Assembly (NCBI GenBank): GCA_010031635.1
Contig: RGZI01000001.1
Coordinates: forward strand, 1 to 61,886
Length of the DNA stretch: 61,886 nucleotides
Reading direction: 5' to 3'
Source: Actinomycetota bacterium
GTDB lineage: Bacteria > Actinomycetota > Actinomycetes > Nanopelagicales > Nanopelagicaceae
This document shows, one piece after another, positions 53,417 through 61,886 of this stretch. Position 1 is the stretch's first letter. Each line of letters begins with the position of its first letter. A program made the translations under genes and the position numbers. A model generated the notes under the pieces. It was given only the letters and a program-made list of their open reading frames with translations. It did not search any database and was not told the origin of the DNA.

Positions 53417-53984
53417 AAATCCCTTTCACTAAATTTAAAATTTTCGAATCTACTAATTCAGAAACTTCTGCATTTTTTGCAACTTTTTCGCGAATCATGG
53501 TCGATGAAAGATCTAACATAGCCCCTTCGACGACTTTTACATTAATACCTGTTGGAAGATCGGCCACTTTAACAGTTTCATTGATTCTTAACAGTTGTAA
53601 AACTTCAACCTTCTTGATTAATTCATTTACTCGATGCCAAGTCATAATATTTTTCAAAGCATCAGTGCCAAGTACCAAAGAAAACTCGAATCCTGGAAAA
53701 GAATTCTCAAGCTCTAATATGGTATCAATTGAATAAGTTGGCCCGCTTCGATTAATTTCGATATCTAAAACTTCAATATTTGAATTTTCAGAAGTAGCTA
53801 ATCGACACATCTCTAAACGCTGTGCTGGAGTCGCAATTAATTGACCCGCTTTTTGCCATGGATTTCCAGCCGGAATCATAAAAATTTTAGAAACTAAGCT
53901 CTGCTCTAAAATTACTTCAGCAGCATGTAGATGACCTCGGTGAATTGGATCAAATGTTCCGCCGAAAATAGCAATTTTTGGAAT
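53406..53984 (-). CDS. nadD: Nicotinate-nucleotide adenylyltransferase, probable ATT start
   Basis: The listed ORF starts at MIPAGNPWQK, but the frame is open upstream and reads (I)PKIAIFGGTFDPIHRGHLHAAE, the essential (T/H)xGH motif. There is no ATG/GTG/TTG upstream. AAGGA lies 6 nt before the ATT at 53982-53984. Confidence 0.85.
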   Translation of the reverse strand: MPKIAIFGGTFDPIHRGHLHAAEVILEQSLVSKIFMIPAGNPWQKAGQLIATPAQRLEMCRLATSENSNIEVLDIEINRSGPTYSIDTILELENSFPGFEFSLVLGTDALKNIMTWHRVNELIKKVEVLQLLRINETVKVADLPTGINVKVVEGAMLDLSSTMIREKVAKNAEVSELVDSKILNLVKGIYGA

Positions 53985-54109
53985 TAGTGATCCTTGTCTA
54001 TCCGCATCGCTAAATAAAGCAGTAGCGAAAGAATTCCAAAACCGATTAATCCAAATGCGAGGGGTGGGGCAGGTAATTCGCGACCCTCAGAAAATAAAAT
54101 CATGTTCAT
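53984..54109 (-). CDS. Candidate 41-aa hydrophobic small protein (unlisted sORF) bridging ligA and nadD
   Basis: My translation is MNMILFSEGRELPAPPLAFGLIGFGILSLLLYLAMRIDKDH*. It begins 3 nt after the ligA TAG. AGGA lies 7 nt before the second ATG. Its TAA overlaps the nadD ATT (TAATT). Confidence 0.4.
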   Translation of the reverse strand: MNMILFSEGRELPAPPLAFGLIGFGILSLLLYLAMRIDKDH

Positions 54110-54112
54110 ATC

Positions 54113-57256
<3,144 letters not shown>

Positions 57257-57260
<4 letters not shown>

Positions 57261-58429
57261 ACTAAACCTGCCGCTCTAGCACGTTCGACAACTGGCGCAA
57301 TTACTGAAATTACTAAATCAATATCTGCCTCTGTTGTTGATGGGCCAATTGAAAAACGAAGTGAAGATTTAGCCCGTTTATCATTCATGCCCATTGCAAG
57401 TAGTACATGGCTTGGTCGAGGCACGCCGGCGCTACAGGCTGAACCGGTTGAACATTGCACACCTTGTGCATCTAGTAAAAGCAGCAGCGCATCTCCTTCG
57501 GCACCTTCAAAAGTGAAATGCGCAATTCCCGGTAAATGATCTTTTGCGCTATTCACAGAGGTATTTTCAACTTTAGCGAGCACTCCTGAAATTAATCGCT
57601 CCCGTAACTTACTTACTCTGGCAGCACGCGAGTTAAGTTCAGTAATTGCAATAGTTGCAGCAGCAGCAAACCCGGCGATTGCTGGAGTGTCAAGAGTTCC
57701 ACTTCGCAAATCTCGTTCTTGTCCACCGCCATGTAAAACTGGAGTTAGATCTAATCCTTTTTTTAATACTAAGGCAGCTATGCCAAGTGGTCCACCTATT
57801 TTATGTGCACTCAAACTCATGGCAGTAACATTTAATTTTTTAAAACTTAATGGAATTTTTCCAAAACTTTGCACTGCATCTGTGTGAATTGGGAGATCTA
57901 ATTCCGCAGCGATAGCAGCAATCTCATCGACAGGTTGAACTGAGCCAACTTCATTATTTGAATGCATGATTGATATCAAAGATATTGAATCTGCCGCTGC
58001 TCTAATTTTCTTTTCAGCATCTCCAATTAAAAGTTGACCATTTTGATCAACATCAAGTTCAAGCCATTTGGCATTTTCATGATCTACTAGCCATTCGAGT
58101 GGATCAAGAACTGCATGATGTTCGATTGGAGAGGTGGCGATTACATTCCTGCCTTGGGCAACTCGATGCCAATAAAAACCTTTTAAGGCTAAATTATTTG
58201 CCTCTGTTCCAGATGCAGTAAAAATTACTTCACTTGGCGATGCTCCAACGGCATCTGCGATGGCTTCACGTGATTCCTCAACAACTTTTCGCGCACTGCG
58301 CCCGGCTGCATGCAAACTTGAAGCATTTCCAACTTTGCTTAGCTGTTGGCTCATGGCCAATACAGCCTCGGGAACCATCGCTGTTGTGGCTGCATTATCT
58401 AGATATGCAGTCGCGCTGTTAATGGCCAT
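57257..58429 (-). CDS. iscS: Cysteine desulfurase (NifS/IscS class)
   Basis: PLP lysine SAHKIGGP and active-site STGSACS. It overlaps mnmA by 4 nt. Confidence 0.9.
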
Positions 58430-58446
58430 TTGGCAATTCTAGAGCG

Positions 58447-59391
58447 TTAACCCTTTCGGGCAGCGATTGCGCTGGTGGCTTGCGGAAGTACCGCAAAAAG
58501 ATCGCCAACTACGCCAAAATCAGTTACTTCAAAAATCGGCGCCTCTGGATCCTTGTTGATTGCCACAATCACTTTGCTGGTCTGCATTCCAGCACGATGT
58601 TGGATCGCACCTGAAATTCCACAGGCAATGTAGAGAGAAGGCGAGACCGTTTTGCCAGTTTGACCAACTTGATGTGAGTGCGGATACCAGCCGGCATCGG
58701 TTGCAGCGCGTGAGGCGCCAACAGCTGCGCCAAGCAGATCAGCCAAAGCTTCAACTGGAGCAAAATCGCCGTTTGTACCGCGTCCGCCAGAAACAACAAT
58801 GCTGGCTTCAGTTAACTCTGGTCGACCACCTCTTTTTGCTGGCTCGCGATTGCTGATCACAACTTTTGTCGGATTCAATTTAGGGGAAATTATTTCAACC
58901 TCACATGTAGAGGGTTGGCTCTCTGGTTCAACTGAGTTTGGTCGCACCGTAATTATCGCGATCCCTTTGCTCACCTTGGAGTGCACTACGGCAGATCCTC
59001 CAAAGATTGATTGTGTTGCAATTGAATCAGCGGTTACATCTACTGCATCAGTAATAATTCCAGAGTTTGTTCGCACTGCAACTCTTGCTGCTATTTCTTT
59101 TCCGCGCGCAGTTGAAGGAATTAAAAATGTTGTAGCGCCTTTTTCCAAAAGTAGATCTGCTAAACCCTGTGCAACTAGCGCACTTGGGTGATTGTCAATG
59201 GTGCTATCTTCAATAGCAATAATTTTATTTGCACCACAAGAATTTATTGCGGCAACTGCTTTCGCACCTACGCCAGGATTTCCAACTAATACAGCGGTTA
59301 CTTCGCCAGATCGTCTAGCGATAGTTAATAACTCCCCCGCAGTTTTTGTAATGACTCCATCTATGTGATCAATAAAAACAAAGGTACTCAT
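58447..59391 (-). CDS. etfA: Electron transfer flavoprotein alpha subunit
   Basis: C-terminal FAD motif YIACGISGAIQHRAGM. Confidence 0.92.
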   Translation of the reverse strand: MSTFVFIDHIDGVITKTAGELLTIARRSGEVTAVLVGNPGVGAKAVAAINSCGANKIIAIEDSTIDNHPSALVAQGLADLLLEKGATTFLIPSTARGKEIAARVAVRTNSGIITDAVDVTADSIATQSIFGGSAVVHSKVSKGIAIITVRPNSVEPESQPSTCEVEIISPKLNPTKVVISNREPAKRGGRPELTEASIVVSGGRGTNGDFAPVEALADLLGAAVGASRAATDAGWYPHSHQVGQTGKTVSPSLYIACGISGAIQHRAGMQTSKVIVAINKDPEAPIFEVTDFGVVGDLFAVLPQATSAIAARKG

Positions 59392-60182
59392 GCCAACCTC
59401 TTTTCAGCTAAAAATTCACTAAGGGCATTTCCGCCCGCACCTTCATCTACTACTTTCACGCCAGCACTTCTAGCTGCTTGTTCATTAAAATCATTTACCA
59501 AACTCCAGGCACCAACACCGCCCACCTCATCGGCACTTACGCCAAGGTCGGCGAGAGATAAAACTTCAATATTTTTTTTCTTTGCAGCCATGATGCCTTT
59601 GAATGATGGATAACGGGGTTCATTTATTTTTTCAATTACGCTAACAATTACCGGCAGCGGAGAACCCATTGAATCAACGCCTTCATCGGTAACTCTTTTA
59701 ATGCTTACTTGATCTGCACTGACATTAACTTCGCCAGCAAATGAAAGTTGCGGCAACTCAAGCCGTTCTGAAAGCATCGAAGGAATAACACTCATGCGAG
59801 CATCAGTTGATTCAGTTCCACACAAAATTAGATCTGGATTAACTCTTTGAATCGCTTTAGCCAAAATCAATGATGTAGCAAGTGCATCAGATCCGGCGAG
59901 CGCAGCATCGCTAATAAGTATTGCGTCGTCGGCGCCCATTGAAAGTCCTTTGCGGAGCGCTTCAGTTGCTCGCTCTGGTCCCATGCTAATTAGCGTTACT
60001 GAATGTCCGGCTTCACTTCCACCATTTGCTTCAACGATTTGCAGCGCAGATTCAATTGCGTACTCATCTAAATCATTTAGGACCGCATCAACACCTTCAC
60101 GATCTATTAATTTGGTGCTGGCGTTTAATTTTTTCTCAGCCCAGGAATCAGGTACTTGTTTTACGCAGACAACAATCTTCAC
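59388..60182 (-). CDS. etfB: Electron transfer flavoprotein beta subunit
   Basis: MKIVVCVKQVPD N-terminus. It overlaps etfA by 4 nt. Confidence 0.92.
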   Translation of the reverse strand: MKIVVCVKQVPDSWAEKKLNASTKLIDREGVDAVLNDLDEYAIESALQIVEANGGSEAGHSVTLISMGPERATEALRKGLSMGADDAILISDAALAGSDALATSLILAKAIQRVNPDLILCGTESTDARMSVIPSMLSERLELPQLSFAGEVNVSADQVSIKRVTDEGVDSMGSPLPVIVSVIEKINEPRYPSFKGIMAAKKKNIEVLSLADLGVSADEVGGVGAWSLVNDFNEQAARSAGVKVVDEGAGGNALSEFLAEKRLA

Positions 60183-60238
60183 TAATTGCTCCTAAACCGG
60201 TGCTGATTACGAGGCGAATACCCTCCTATGTTACCGGT

Positions 60239-60254
60239 CGGTAACTAAAATGCG
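60239..60254. promoter_or_regulatory. Candidate operator palindrome gttaccg-gt-cggtaac in the etfB/fabD divergent region
   Basis: 7-2-7 perfect inverted repeat, 45 nt upstream of the fabD GTG. Confidence 0.3.
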
Positions 60255-60299
60255 CGAGTGTACTTAGGAGTAACCCGAAGGTGGTCGTAAAGTGAAGGG

Positions 60300-61481
60300 G
60301 TGCTCGCCATTATCGCTCCTGGACAAGGCGCCCAGACCCCGGGATTCCTATCCCCTTGGCTGGAATCGGCCCGAGTCAAAGATTTATTGACCTGGTGGTC
60401 AGCTGTTGCCAACCTAGATCTAGTTCATTTAGGCACTAACGCCGATGCAGATGAGATCCGAGATACTGCTAATGCTCAACCGTTGATCGTGGCCGCTGGA
60501 TTGGTTGGCGCGCTTTCACTCTTCCCACATCCATCAGATGCCTTTGGCAAAGTTGGAGTTGTGGCTGGCCACTCTGTTGGTGAGTTCACTGCCGCAGCAG
60601 GTGCGCGGGCAATAACCGCTGAATCTGCAATTACATTGGTACGTGAACGTGGATTAGCCATGGCCACTGCAAGTGCTGCAACTCCGACCGGAATGTCAGC
60701 AGTATTAGGTGGAGATAGAGCTCAAGTTTTGGCGGCGATTGCTAAATTGAAATTAACTGCTGCAAATGAAAATGGTGGTGGACAGATTGTTGCTGCTGGT
60801 GAATTGGCAGCACTGACTGCGCTCGCCGAAAATCCACCTGAAGGGGCGCGGGTGCGCTCGCTCTCAGTTGCTGGCGCATTTCACACCTCTTATATGCAAC
60901 CTGCAGTGGCCCGGATGAAATCTCTGGCAACTTCGGTAACGGTTCATGATCCGCGCACCAGAGTAATTTCAAATCGAGATGGCGCAGTTGTTCATAGTGG
61001 TCGGAGTTTGCTTGATCGAATGATCGATCAGATTGCCAGCCCGGTTCGCTGGGATTTATGTATGGAAACTCTTAATGAGTTAGGTGTCACCGCAGTAATA
61101 GAGATGCCACCTGCTGGAACTTTGGTTGGTTTGATTAAACGCGCTCTGCCTAATGTTGAAACACTTGCGCTAAAAACTCCCGATGATATTCCGGCCGCAC
61201 TTGATTTAATTGGCCGTCATGGTTCTGCCAGCGCCATTGATAATCAACCAACATGGAGAATGATTGTTGCTCCATTTGCCGGTTATTTTACATCTGCAGG
61301 TATTGAAGTTGGTACAAATCTAGCAGCGGGGGCCGTAATTGGTACTGTTTCAAATAAACGCGATAGCGCTGAATTGAAAAGTACACACGCAGGAACTTTA
61401 ATTGAAATTATTGTTGAGGAAGGCGATCCAGTTGCCCCAGGCCAACCAATTGCTCGCTTACATCCTGAGGGTCAAAACTGA
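60300..61481 (+). CDS. fabD: Malonyl-CoA:ACP transacylase fused to a C-terminal degenerate biotinyl/lipoyl (BCCP-like) domain
   Basis: PGQGAQ, GHSVGE (active Ser), the RERG arginine and AGAFHTSYM for FabD. Residues from about 309 to 393 read IVAPFAGYF...EVGTNLAAGAVIGTV-SNKR-...HAGTLIEIIVEEGDPVAPGQPIARL. Confidence 0.9.
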   Translation: MLAIIAPGQGAQTPGFLSPWLESARVKDLLTWWSAVANLDLVHLGTNADADEIRDTANAQPLIVAAGLVGALSLFPHPSDAFGKVGVVAGHSVGEFTAAAGARAITAESAITLVRERGLAMATASAATPTGMSAVLGGDRAQVLAAIAKLKLTAANENGGGQIVAAGELAALTALAENPPEGARVRSLSVAGAFHTSYMQPAVARMKSLATSVTVHDPRTRVISNRDGAVVHSGRSLLDRMIDQIASPVRWDLCMETLNELGVTAVIEMPPAGTLVGLIKRALPNVETLALKTPDDIPAALDLIGRHGSASAIDNQPTWRMIVAPFAGYFTSAGIEVGTNLAAGAVIGTVSNKRDSAELKSTHAGTLIEIIVEEGDPVAPGQPIARLHPEGQN

Positions 61482-61886
61482 TGAGCAAAATTTCCGAACC
61501 ATTAGCAACTCGTCACTCACAAATATTGGGTGTTGGAGATTATCGGCCGTCTCGCATTGTCCCTAACTCAGAAATCGTAGATTTAATTGATTCAAGTGAT
61601 GAATGGATTCGCGAGCGATCTGGAATCGAATCACGGCGCTATGCATCCGCAGATGAAAGCGTTGTTGATATGTCAGTCGCCGCTGGACAAAAAGCATTAA
61701 AAGCTGCAGGCATTACTGCTGCTCAATTAAGTGCTGTAATAGTTGCAACAGTTACTTATCCTTTTCAAACTCCAAGTGCTGCAACTGATGTGACTTTACG
61801 TTTAGGGAATCCAAATGCTGCTGCCTTTGATATCTCTGCAGCATGTGCTGGTTTTTGTTATGGCGTTGGTATGGCAAGTGACATGG
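61481..61886 (+). CDS. fabH: 3-oxoacyl-ACP synthase III, N-terminal part (runs off the window end)
   Basis: ILGVGDYRPSRIVPNSEIVDLIDSSDEWIRERSGIESRR and the active-site region ISAACAGF. The ATG overlaps the fabD TGA. Confidence 0.9.
   Translation, partial: MSKISEPLATRHSQILGVGDYRPSRIVPNSEIVDLIDSSDEWIRERSGIESRRYASADESVVDMSVAAGQKALKAAGITAAQLSAVIVATVTYPFQTPSAATDVTLRLGNPNAAAFDISAACAGFCYGVGMASDM

Overview
This is a gene-dense window with about 65 genes, almost all on the minus strand, many with overlapping stop and start codons. It reads as conserved chromosomal core of an actinobacterium. The gene order rpsP-ffh-glnD-glnK-amtB-ftsY-smc-mutM-rnc-rpmF-yceD...coaD-rsmD-recG...rpmB/thiL...ddl-gpsA-plsC-hupB-leuDC-iclR...tRNA-Glu/tRNA-Gln-gltX is the one I recall from Mycobacterium and Streptomyces. 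It is followed by the ybeY-phoH...rsmE-dnaJ-hrcA block, hemW-lepA-rpsT-holA-comEC-comEA, leuS, nadD-rsfS, ligA-mnmA-iscS-etfAB and fabD-fabH. HU carries the actinobacterial Lys/Ala-rich tail. The sequence looks AT-leaning and streamlined for this phylum, which is inference only. I saw no CRISPR array, transposase, integrase, prophage, toxin-antitoxin or recognisable defence genes, so I cannot support a large novel system here. Several local anomalies deserve a second look. (1) The hrcA-linked dnaJ is split by an internal gap and a frame change that falls exactly on a T_TTA_AAG -1 slippery heptamer. (2) FabD carries a C-terminal degenerate biotinyl/lipoyl (BCCP-like) domain. (3) nadD has no canonical start codon and seems to begin at ATT, which overlaps the stop of an unlisted 41-codon hydrophobic sORF that fills the ligA-nadD gap. 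(4) Three DgoD-like enolase-superfamily genes lie in tandem between iclR and tRNA-Glu, and the last copy is 5'-truncated right at the tRNA 3' end. (5) A perfect 35-bp palindrome sits in frame inside thiL. (6) LeuC lacks about 35 residues in frame. All gene calls rest on motifs and synteny recalled from memory, and no database search was possible.
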